Part shown: positions 22,944 to 30,163 of the stretch, piece by piece
Position numbering within the stretch: the stretch's first letter is position 1
How the letters are laid out: each line of letters starts with the position of its first letter
Assembly (NCBI RefSeq): GCF_003945235.1
Contig: NZ_RSDW01000001.1
Coordinates: 1,950,001 to 1,982,000, forward strand
Source: Edaphobacter aggregans
GTDB taxonomy: Bacteria; Acidobacteriota; Terriglobia; Terriglobales; Acidobacteriaceae
Length of the DNA: 32,000 nucleotides
Direction of reading: 5' to 3'
The notes under the pieces: model-generated
Told to the model about the DNA's origin: nothing
What the model saw: the letters and a program-made list of their open reading frames with translations, nothing else
Databases searched by the model: none
Program-made: the position numbers and the translations under genes

Positions 22944-24527
22944 CTAGCCCCGCACCGTGCCACTCACTCCGCCAGCCAGCTTAGCAGCCTTCACCTTATC
23001 GCAGATCATCTGCACTGCACGCTTTCCACTCAGTGCAGCGCCCTCCTGCCAGCCGACAACATGGCTCGCCGTATCGCCCGCAAAGTAGATCGGCCCATCG
23101 GCCTGAATGATCGTGTTGTATCCCTCTGGTCCGCCGCCATAGGCGCGAATCCACGATCCCTCATTCCACTTCACCCGCCGCCATCCGCAGAACACAGGAT
23201 TCTTCAGCTCCTTCCCATGCCCGGGGTGCAGCTTCTCAATCGACCCACGCGACGCAGCAAACTTCTCTTCCAGCGACATCTTCCAGAACGGCGTGTTCTG
23301 TTCCTCCGTATACCCGGCCACAACAATCCCAGTCGGATGCATCAACCGGCTCGACGGATACCACACCGGACTCGGCCCCTGCTGCACAAACGACAGGCCG
23401 CCATAGATGTTGTAATCCTGCTCCCAGAATCGCCGGCTCTCCCACGCAACCTTGTAGCTACCCGCAGGAGTACTCTCATTCACCACCTTGGCGAACTCGG
23501 GCGAAAGATCGTTTGGCACCTTCTTCAGCATCTCGAACGGCATCGCAATCACGCAATAGTTCGCCTCAAGCTGTTTCTCGACGCCCTTCTGCGTGTAGCT
23601 CACCTTCACGCCATTGGCGGTCTTGCGAATCGCTGTCACCGGTGAGCTGAACTGCACCACCGGCCCCAGAGCCTTGGCAAACGCATAAGGAATACGATCC
23701 ATGCCCCCAACCGGCTGCATCATCGTCGCCTGCCAGTCCCAGGTTTCTTCGTACAACATGCCGCCCCAGAAAGCCTCATCGAGCAGCGTGTGCATATCCA
23801 TCGGCACTTCGACCTCAGACACCTGAGTCCCCGCGCCCGGCGGAGTCTTGAACCCAGCCCGATCCGACCCAACATACTTGCCCGTCTTATCCAGCGGCCC
23901 ATAAATCCGCAGGAACGTCTTCATCCGCTCTCTGTCTTCCGCCGAAATATCCTGATCCAGCGCACCCTGCGCGATGCACTTCGACAGCAACTCCGACACA
24001 TGCCCCCGCGTGTCGTTGATCGCCTTGCGCTGCGGCACAGCCGCTCCGCCATTGGCATTATCATTCTGCAACAGCGTCGATCGCGACGTATTGATCTCCA
24101 CTTCCAGCGGAACACCAAGCTCCCGACAATAATTAAGCATCGTCCAGTGAGTGCTCGGCAAACGCGCCGGCCCGAGGTTCTGGTAGTTGCCTTCTTCCCA
24201 ATTAATCGTCTGGGTCGTTCCATCGGTGAACTCAACCTTCGTCCCATTCCGACCCGACCAGTTACGCCCACCCGGGCGCTCTCTCGCCTCGAGCAGCGTT
24301 ACATCGTACCCCAGCTTCTTCAGCTCATAGGCCGTAGTGAGTCCGCCGATTCCACCGCCCAGCACCGCGACCTTCACGCCCTTGCCCGAGCCTGCCGCCG
24401 CCTCAATCGCCTTCACGGCCTGGCCCTGCATTGGCATCAGCCCCAGCGACTGCATGGTTGCAAACGCAGCGCTGTATCCACCAGCCTGCCCGACACGCAT
24501 TAGAAAGTCACGTCTGGAAATCCCCAT
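22944..24527 (-). CDS. Flavin-dependent amine / L-amino-acid oxidase family protein with a Tat signal, 527 aa
   Basis: The track start (24560) is TTG. ATG 24527 (AAGGAG upstream) gives MGISRRDFLMRVGQAGGYSAAFATMQSL..., with a twin-Arg motif. The FAD fold is KVAVLGGGIGGLTTAYELKKLGYDVTLLEARERPGGR, and the C-terminal FAD block is IYFAGDTASHVVGWQEGAALSG. Confidence 0.85.
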   Translation of the reverse strand: MGISRRDFLMRVGQAGGYSAAFATMQSLGLMPMQGQAVKAIEAAAGSGKGVKVAVLGGGIGGLTTAYELKKLGYDVTLLEARERPGGRNWSGRNGTKVEFTDGTTQTINWEEGNYQNLGPARLPSTHWTMLNYCRELGVPLEVEINTSRSTLLQNDNANGGAAVPQRKAINDTRGHVSELLSKCIAQGALDQDISAEDRERMKTFLRIYGPLDKTGKYVGSDRAGFKTPPGAGTQVSEVEVPMDMHTLLDEAFWGGMLYEETWDWQATMMQPVGGMDRIPYAFAKALGPVVQFSSPVTAIRKTANGVKVSYTQKGVEKQLEANYCVIAMPFEMLKKVPNDLSPEFAKVVNESTPAGSYKVAWESRRFWEQDYNIYGGLSFVQQGPSPVWYPSSRLMHPTGIVVAGYTEEQNTPFWKMSLEEKFAASRGSIEKLHPGHGKELKNPVFCGWRRVKWNEGSWIRAYGGGPEGYNTIIQADGPIYFAGDTASHVVGWQEGAALSGKRAVQMICDKVKAAKLAGGVSGTVRG

Positions 24528-24572
24528 ACGAACAAACACTCCTTCTGAAGATGAATTCAACGCTCATTGCCA

Positions 24573-24635
24573 CTACGGAATACACCGAAGACCCGAACTA
24601 AGAGAAGTACTGCCTACGAATACACGAAGACCGCG
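24573..24635. repeat. Direct repeat pair upstream of the oxidase gene
   Basis: CTACGGAATACACCGAAGACC (24573-24593) and CTACGAATACACGAAGACC (24614-24632) start 41 bp apart. They lie 46-108 nt upstream of the oxidase ATG. Confidence 0.6.
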
Positions 24636-24921
24636 TATCCACTGGAGTGCTGAAAGGAGTTACAAGTTTTCTAAGAAGATGTAGCTACTCTATCGCAAAA
24701 TTCAGTTGTGCGCTCCGGAAATTCCGGCAAGTTCACTTAGAAGCGGGCGATAGCTGTAAGACGATTAGAATGAAAAAAAGTTCACGCCAGCACCAGCGCT
24801 AACCATCTATATCTGCAAGATAGCAATGGGAAATAATTGTTCTAATAACGCTGATTGAAAAACTCTATCGCAGAAAAATTCCACTCAGTTCGCCACTCGT
24901 CACAAAACCTGCACTGAATCG

Positions 24922-26121
24922 CTAAGCCCCGATCGTCACCAACTCCGGTTCGCTCACCGTCCGCTTCAACTGCCCACAAGCAGCATAGATATCCCGCCCC
25001 CGAGGCCGCCGGATATAAGTCGGCATCCCACCGTCAATCAACATCTTCTGAAACACCGCCACACTCTCTGGATCAGGCTGCGTATAAGCAATCCCCGGCC
25101 CAGGATTCCACACAATCAGATTCACCTTCGCGTGCATGCCCTTCAACAGAGCCAGCACCTCGCGAGCATGCTCCGGCTGATCGTTCACCCCACCCAGCAG
25201 CACATACTCAAACGTCACCCAATCCCGCTTGCCCATCGGAATCGTCCTCACCGCATCCAGCAACTGAGCAATATTCCACTTTCGCGTAATCGGCATGATC
25301 TGCTCGCGCACAACATCGTTCGAAGCATTCAAACTCAACGCCAGCTTTGGCCTCAACGTCTCCTGCGCGAACCGCCGGATCGCCGGCTCAATCCCGCTCG
25401 TCGAAACCGTCATCCGCGACTCCGGAATCCCGATCCCCTCCACCAGCAACCGCACCGAAGCAATAAACGCCTCGTAATTCAAAAACGGCTCGCCCATCCC
25501 CATAAACACCAGGTTGATGCGATCCTTCCCAATCTTCACCCCATGCCGATTCAGCACCGCCGCCACCTGCCCGGCGATCTCGCCCGCCGTAAGGTTCCGC
25601 TTAATCCCCAGCTTCGCCGTCAGGCAAAACTGACAGTTCACCGCACACCCAACTTGGCTCGAAATACAAATCGTCGCCCGCCGATACCCCGCCGCAGCCA
25701 GCGCCCCCCAATTCCGCTTATCAACCTTATCGACCGGGCGAGACCCCTCATTCCCCTCACGCCCCTCCAACACTTCTTCCTCAAGAGCGGCCTCAGTCCC
25801 ATCCCCCCGCTCGCCGCCATCGCCATCCGGCATCCATACGGTCTCCACGGTCTCGCCATCGGCCATCCGCATCAGATAGCGCTCGGTGCCATCCACCGAC
25901 ACCGCCGCCTGCACAATCTCCGGCATCCCCACCACAGCACCCTCGTCCGTCAACCGAGCCCGCAACTCCGCCGGCAGCACCGTCATCTCCTCCACCGAAG
26001 ACACCCGCTGCTTATAAAGAGCCTCCCAAACCTGCCGCGCCCGATAAAGCTTCTGCCCCAGCGCACCCATGCGCTCCATCAACTCCGGCAGACTCATCCC
26101 AAACAACGCAGCACGTTCCAT
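24922..26121 (-). CDS. rlmN: Radical-SAM 23S rRNA/tRNA adenine-C2 methyltransferase RlmN, 400 aa
   Basis: The start is ATG 26121 (MERAALFGMSLPELMERMG..), 2 nt after the cupin stop. Key blocks are SSQVGCAVNCQFCLT (CxxxCxxC), FMGMGEPFLNY, VSTSGI, NLIVWNP and ACGQL. Confidence 0.95.
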   Translation of the reverse strand: MERAALFGMSLPELMERMGALGQKLYRARQVWEALYKQRVSSVEEMTVLPAELRARLTDEGAVVGMPEIVQAAVSVDGTERYLMRMADGETVETVWMPDGDGGERGDGTEAALEEEVLEGREGNEGSRPVDKVDKRNWGALAAAGYRRATICISSQVGCAVNCQFCLTAKLGIKRNLTAGEIAGQVAAVLNRHGVKIGKDRINLVFMGMGEPFLNYEAFIASVRLLVEGIGIPESRMTVSTSGIEPAIRRFAQETLRPKLALSLNASNDVVREQIMPITRKWNIAQLLDAVRTIPMGKRDWVTFEYVLLGGVNDQPEHAREVLALLKGMHAKVNLIVWNPGPGIAYTQPDPESVAVFQKMLIDGGMPTYIRRPRGRDIYAACGQLKRTVSEPELVTIGA

Positions 26122-26123
26122 AC

Positions 26124-26528
26124 TTAAAGAATAAATGCACGATACTGATCGTCCGTAACCTGTTCCATCCATTCAACAACTTTGCCGTCCAGCTTCTCCT
26201 GAATGGCAATATGCGTCATGGCGGTAGTTGGTGTAGCCCCATGCCAGTGCTTCTCCCCCGGCGAGAACCAAACCACATCTCCCGGCCGGATCTCTTCAAT
26301 CGATCCGCCATCCCGCTGTGCCCAGCCCAAGCCTCCCGTAACGATCAAAGTCTGCCCCAACGGATGCGTATGCCACGCCGTCCGAGCGCCAGGCTCAAAG
26401 GTAACGCTCGCACCCTGTACGAACGCCGGATCTGGCGCCTGAAAAAGTGGATCGATCCGTACCGTCCCCGTGAACCAGTCGGCGGAACCTTTGACAGAGG
26501 CTTGCGAACCGCAGCGTTTAATCTCCAT
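26124..26528 (-). CDS. Cupin-domain protein (cupin_2 type), 134 aa
   Basis: The metal-site-like pattern is [24 protein letters not shown]...[19 protein letters not shown] 26528 has GAGGA 6 nt upstream, whereas ATG 26534 abuts the GAGGA. The gene is tightly coupled to rlmN. Confidence 0.8.
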   Translation of the reverse strand: MEIKRCGSQASVKGSADWFTGTVRIDPLFQAPDPAFVQGASVTFEPGARTAWHTHPLGQTLIVTGGLGWAQRDGGSIEEIRPGDVVWFSPGEKHWHGATPTTAMTHIAIQEKLDGKVVEWMEQVTDDQYRAFIL

Positions 26529-26671
26529 GGACATTCCTCGATGTTTGGATGCTACCCGATAAATGATCGGTCACAACGCGCGACGCGAACACCCAACGGA
26601 GATCCGAAGCCCTCCGACAGCCCCATGCATGCGCTACAATCTCCATAGCCCTGCATCACCATCACCACCAA

Positions 26672-26756
26672 GCGAAAGTGGCGAAATTGGCAGACGCACC
26701 AGACTTAGGATCTGGCGGAGCAATCCGTGGGGGTTCAAGTCCCCCCTTTCGCACCA
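26672..26756 (+). tRNA. tRNA-Leu (anticodon TAG), class II with a long variable arm, CCA encoded
   Basis: The sequence is GCGAAAGTGGCGAAATTGGCAGACGCACCAGACTTAGGATCTGGCGGAGCAATCCGTGGGGGTTCAAGTCCCCCCTTTCGCACCA. The acceptor stem is GCGAAAG/CTTTCGC. The anticodon stem is CCAGA/TCTGG with loop CTTAGGA. The T arm is GGGGG-TTCAAGT-CCCCC. A TACAAT box lies at 26635-26640. Confidence 0.95.
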
Positions 26757-26786
26757 AATTCTAAAAGTACCCAGGAAGCCGTTTCC

Positions 26787-27107
26787 ATGAGCCAGCCCAG
26801 CCAGCCGTCAGGTCAAGATCAACCCAAGCTCAACCTCACCACCACCGACGACTACCGCGACGGCTACGCCAACAGCGTTCAGGTCCGCATGAGCGTCTGG
26901 GACTTCTTCCTCGTCTTCGGCACCATGCAGCAAGATACCGCCGACGAACTCACCGTCAAAAACTTCCAGGGCATCTACCTCAGCCCCCAGCAGGCCAAGG
27001 CCCTCTGGAACATCCTCGGCCACAACCTCGCCCAGTACGAGCAGACCTTCGGCCCCATCGCCCTCGAGCAGCAACAGCTCCCCCAACCGAACGGCCCCGT
27101 CCACTAA
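26787..27107 (+). CDS. DUF3467-family small protein, 106 aa
   Basis: ATG 26787 lies downstream of the tRNA; the track ORF start at 26727 falls inside the tRNA. YANSVQVRMSVWDFFLVFG...IYLSPQQAKALWNILGHNLAQYEQTFGPI matches the DUF3467 pattern as I recall it. Confidence 0.75.
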   Translation: MSQPSQPSGQDQPKLNLTTTDDYRDGYANSVQVRMSVWDFFLVFGTMQQDTADELTVKNFQGIYLSPQQAKALWNILGHNLAQYEQTFGPIALEQQQLPQPNGPVH

Positions 27108-27177
27108 AACCGTATCGACATCTTAGAAACGTATCGATATCAGCGGCTCGTTAAACGTCTTACTTTATATAAGATGT

Positions 27178-27247
27178 GTCATCCTGAGCGGAGTCTCTCG
27201 CAGCCTCATCGCGAGAGGCGGAGTTGAAGGACCTGCAGTTCGTTTTT
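27178..27247 (+). repeat. Intergenic repeat, copy E4 (long form with variable-stem hairpin)
   Basis: GTCATCCTGAGCGGAG is followed by the hairpin GTCTCTCGC-AGCCTCATC-GCGAGAGGC (27193-27219). Then come GGAGTTGAAGGACCTGC and AGTTCGTTTTT. Confidence 0.85.
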
Positions 27248-27287
27248 AGCTACGATCCGTTTTCCTTTCCGCTAAATTCAGACCTCT

Positions 27288-28877
27288 ATGTCGATACTCT
27301 CTCGAAGCGGCACCAGCGGCGATCCGGCATCCAAAGACATCCCGCTCTGGATGCTCTTCCCCCTCTTCTTCGTCCTCGTCTATCTCTCTCACATCACCCT
27401 CCTCCGCCTCCCCTACTTCTGGGACGAAGGCGGCTACTACATCCCCGCGGCCTGGGACTTCTTCCGCACCGGAACCCTCATCCCCCAGACCACCATGACC
27501 AACGCCCACCCCCCGCTGCCTTCCATCCTTCTCGCAGCCTGGTGGCACATCTCCGGCTACGTCGTCAGCGGAACCCGCACCCTCGTCTGTATGGTCACCG
27601 CGACCGCCCTCCTCGCCGTCTTCAAACTGGCCCGCTCTCTCACTACGACCACCATCGCCGCCGTCACTACCGTCCTCACCGCGATATACCCCATCTGGTT
27701 CACCCAAAGCACCCTCGCCCACGCCGACATCTTCGCCGCAGCCTTCACCCTCTGGGGCCTCGCCCTCTACCTCGACCCCAACGCCGACAACCAAATCCTA
27801 GCCGCAGCCATGTTCTCCTTCGCCGCCCTCTCGAAGGAAACCGCCATTGTCACCCCGGCAGCCTTGGCCCTCTGGGAAGCCGCCCTCTTCCTCCGCGACA
27901 CCCCCCACCGCCGCACCCATGCAAAGTGGATCGCCGCCCTCCTCGCACCCATCCTCCCCCTCGTTGCCTGGTACGCCTACCACTTCCACAAAACCGGCTT
28001 CGTCTTCGGCAACCCCGAGTTCCTCCGCTACAACGCCACCGCAAACCTCGACGCCTACCGCATCCGCCTCTCCCTCTGGCACCGCCTCCTGCACCTCTTC
28101 ACTCACATGAACATGTGGGTCCCCGTAGCCTGCACCCTCGCAATCCTCTTCATCCCCACCCCTAAAGAAAAATCCCGCTGGCCCCTCCCAAAACCAGCCC
28201 TCAAAGCCATCGCTGTAATCCTCATAGCCAACTGGATAGCCTTCTCCGTCCTCGGCGGAGCCCTCCTCACCCGCTATCTCCTCCCGATGTTCCCCCTGAT
28301 CCTGCTCCTCTGCGTCGCCACATGGAGCAGCCGCCTCCCCCACTGGGGGGCCATTGCTGCCCTAAGCGCCGCAGCCTTCCTCGCCGGTATCTGGATCAAC
28401 CCGCCCTACGCCTTCGCCCCCGAAGACAACCTCACCTACCGCGACATGATCGTCCTCCACCAGCAAGCCATCCACCTCATCGAGCGCCGCTACCCCCAGG
28501 CCACTGTCCTCACCGCCTGGCCCGCCACATCAGAACTAGCCCGCCCCGAACTCGGCTACACCCGCACCCCCATCAAGGTCACACCCATCGAAAACTTCGC
28601 CATCGACCAGATCCAGAAAGCCGCCGCCGACCCTGGCTCCTACGACACGGCCTTAATCTTCTCCACCAAGTGGGAGCCCGCCGCCAACCAGCTCAACCTC
28701 GGCAAGCCCAACGAATCCACCGACACAAAATACTTCGACTTCCACCACGACCTATCCCCCACCGAAGCCGCCGCCCTCCTCCACGGCGAAGTCATCTGGC
28801 AAGAGCGCCGCAAAGGCGAATGGGCCGCCGTCCTACGTTTCCCCCGCAGCGAAGAGGCCACCCTCACCCACCCATAG
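27288..28877 (+). CDS. GT-C-fold polytopic glycosyltransferase (ArnT/PMT-like, GT39/GT83-type), 529 aa
   Basis: There are about 11 predicted TM helices. The first extracytoplasmic loop is LPYFWDEGGYYIPAAWDF (an Asp/Glu motif as in ArnT/PMT_2 enzymes). A soluble C-terminal domain of about 150 aa follows. The family call rests on architecture and motif, not on a search. Confidence 0.6.
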   Translation: MSILSRSGTSGDPASKDIPLWMLFPLFFVLVYLSHITLLRLPYFWDEGGYYIPAAWDFFRTGTLIPQTTMTNAHPPLPSILLAAWWHISGYVVSGTRTLVCMVTATALLAVFKLARSLTTTTIAAVTTVLTAIYPIWFTQSTLAHADIFAAAFTLWGLALYLDPNADNQILAAAMFSFAALSKETAIVTPAALALWEAALFLRDTPHRRTHAKWIAALLAPILPLVAWYAYHFHKTGFVFGNPEFLRYNATANLDAYRIRLSLWHRLLHLFTHMNMWVPVACTLAILFIPTPKEKSRWPLPKPALKAIAVILIANWIAFSVLGGALLTRYLLPMFPLILLLCVATWSSRLPHWGAIAALSAAAFLAGIWINPPYAFAPEDNLTYRDMIVLHQQAIHLIERRYPQATVLTAWPATSELARPELGYTRTPIKVTPIENFAIDQIQKAAADPGSYDTALIFSTKWEPAANQLNLGKPNESTDTKYFDFHHDLSPTEAAALLHGEVIWQERRKGEWAAVLRFPRSEEATLTHP

Positions 28878-28894
28878 CTTCCCCTGCCCAGCCA

Positions 28895-29013
28895 ATTGCA
28901 GTGGCTGTTGCAGTTCTTGTTTGTCATCCCGCGGGATCTGCTTTTGCCGTTGCATTTGTAGTTGCCGTTGCATCTAGGTACCCCCAAGGCCTCAGCCCCT
29001 GGGTATGCCTTCC
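28895..29013 (+). repeat. Composite intergenic repeat, copy E3 (short 3' module)
   Basis: It opens with the hexamers ATTGCA GTGGCT GTTGCA GTTCTT. The core is GTCATCCCGCGGGATCTGC (28923-28941), which contains the perfect palindrome ATCCCGCGGGAT. The hexamers TTTTGCC GTTGCA TTTGTA GTTGCC GTTGCA follow, then TAGGTACCCCCAAGGCCTCAGCCCCTGGGTATGCCTTCC. In this last part the two hairpins of E1/E2 are collapsed into one. Confidence 0.85.
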
Positions 29014-29124
29014 TGTCCCGCCCAAAACCTTGTCAAGCCCCCACCCACGTATCTAGCACATTCCAAAGCACATCATCGTGCCTAATCATTCCCCTCCACC
29101 CGCTAAAATAGAACTAGACACAAA

Positions 29125-29155
29125 AGAGCCCCTCAGGCGAAAGCCGGGGGCTCTT
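29125..29155. terminator. Orphan GC-rich hairpin with terminator-like flanks
   Basis: AGAGCCCC..GGCGAAAGCC..GGGGCTCT has a GAAA loop. On the minus strand it is followed by TTTTGTGT, and on the plus strand by TCGCATTT. No minus-strand gene ends here. Confidence 0.35.
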
Positions 29156-29245
29156 CGCATTTAACCCACAGACCAGAAGTCCAGACCTAAACCATTTCTT
29201 TCGAATACTTTGAGACCTTACGTCCACCAGGGGGGAGTACCCATC

Positions 29246-30163
29246 ATGACCGAACCAAAACGCTACCAATGCCGCCACATCTTCACCGACGGCCACCGCT
29301 GCGGTAGCCCATGCCTGCGCCACGAAGACTTCTGCTACTACCACCACACCACCCGCCGCCCAGTCCAGGACCCGCGCAACCGCCAAGCCCGCACCGCCCT
29401 CTTCGACCTCCCCATGCCCGAAGACCGCGCCGCCATCCAACTCTCCATCGGCGAAATCCTCCGCCGCATCGCCCGCAACGAGATCGACCCCCGCCGCGCC
29501 GGCCTCCTCCTCTACGGCCTGCAAATCGCCAGCACCAACCTACCCCGCGACCCCAAACCCACCCGCAACACCAAAGCCCCCTACGCACCCCAAGCCACCT
29601 CCATCGAAGACATCACCACCGACCCCGAGCAAGGCCTCCTCGCTCCTCAATCCGAGTACGACCAGGACACCGCCGCAGGCCGCCCCAAGAGCATCATGCG
29701 CCAACTCCTAGACCAGTTCGCCCAAGACCAACCCACCCAAGAACCCAAACCCGAAATCCTCCCCACCCTCCAAGCCACCGCAGAAAACCCACCAACATCG
29801 GTGTCATCCGCGCAAATCGGTGTTAAGCCTTTTCGCCTCCCATCCACGCGCATCCGAGTAAATCCGTGGTCGCCCCCGCACTCCGTTACAATCGCACCGT
29901 CGAGGTTTTCCAACCCATGTCGCTCCCAGCACTCATCGTCATCGCCATCATCATTCTCTACATCATCAACTCCATCAAAATCCTCAAAGAATACGAGCGG
30001 GGCGTCATCTTCCGCCTCGGCCGCATCTCGCCCGCCAAGGGCCCCGGCGTCATCCTCGTCTTCCGCCCGCTCGACCAGATCGTCCGCGTCTCGCTCCGTC
30101 AGGAAGCCATGGAGGTCCCGCCCCAGGACGTCATCACCAAGGACAACGTCACCCTCAAGGTGA
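29246..30163 (+). CDS. Cys/His-rich hypothetical protein (putative zinc-binding N-terminus); the 3' end is doubtful
   Basis: GGGGGAG lies 8 nt before the ATG. The product starts [39 protein letters not shown], then has helical [37 protein letters not shown] and a Pro/Thr/Gln-rich linker. The frame has no stop until 30163. The last ~120 codons therefore translate a degenerate repeat and then the SPFH gene out of frame (Ser/Pro/Arg junk). Confidence 0.55.
   Translation: MTEPKRYQCRHIFTDGHRCGSPCLRHEDFCYYHHTTRRPVQDPRNRQARTALFDLPMPEDRAAIQLSIGEILRRIARNEIDPRRAGLLLYGLQIASTNLPRDPKPTRNTKAPYAPQATSIEDITTDPEQGLLAPQSEYDQDTAAGRPKSIMRQLLDQFAQDQPTQEPKPEILPTLQATAENPPTSVSSAQIGVKPFRLPSTRIRVNPWSPPHSVTIAPSRFSNPCRSQHSSSSPSSFSTSSTPSKSSKNTSGASSSASAASRPPRAPASSSSSARSTRSSASRSVRKPWRSRPRTSSPRTTSPSR

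Noticed and set aside
26124-26534. The cupin gene tightly coupled (2-nt gap) to rlmN, considered as a functional pairing
   Set aside because: Close spacing alone is weak evidence. I know of no mechanistic link, and the pairing could be incidental operon packing.
27224-28343. ORF 27224..28165 (+, 313 aa, Pro/Arg/His-rich) and minus-strand ORFs 27246..27794 and 27798..28343
   Set aside because: They are out-of-frame or antisense shadows of the GT-C membrane glycosyltransferase gene, and 27224 also starts inside repeat E4.
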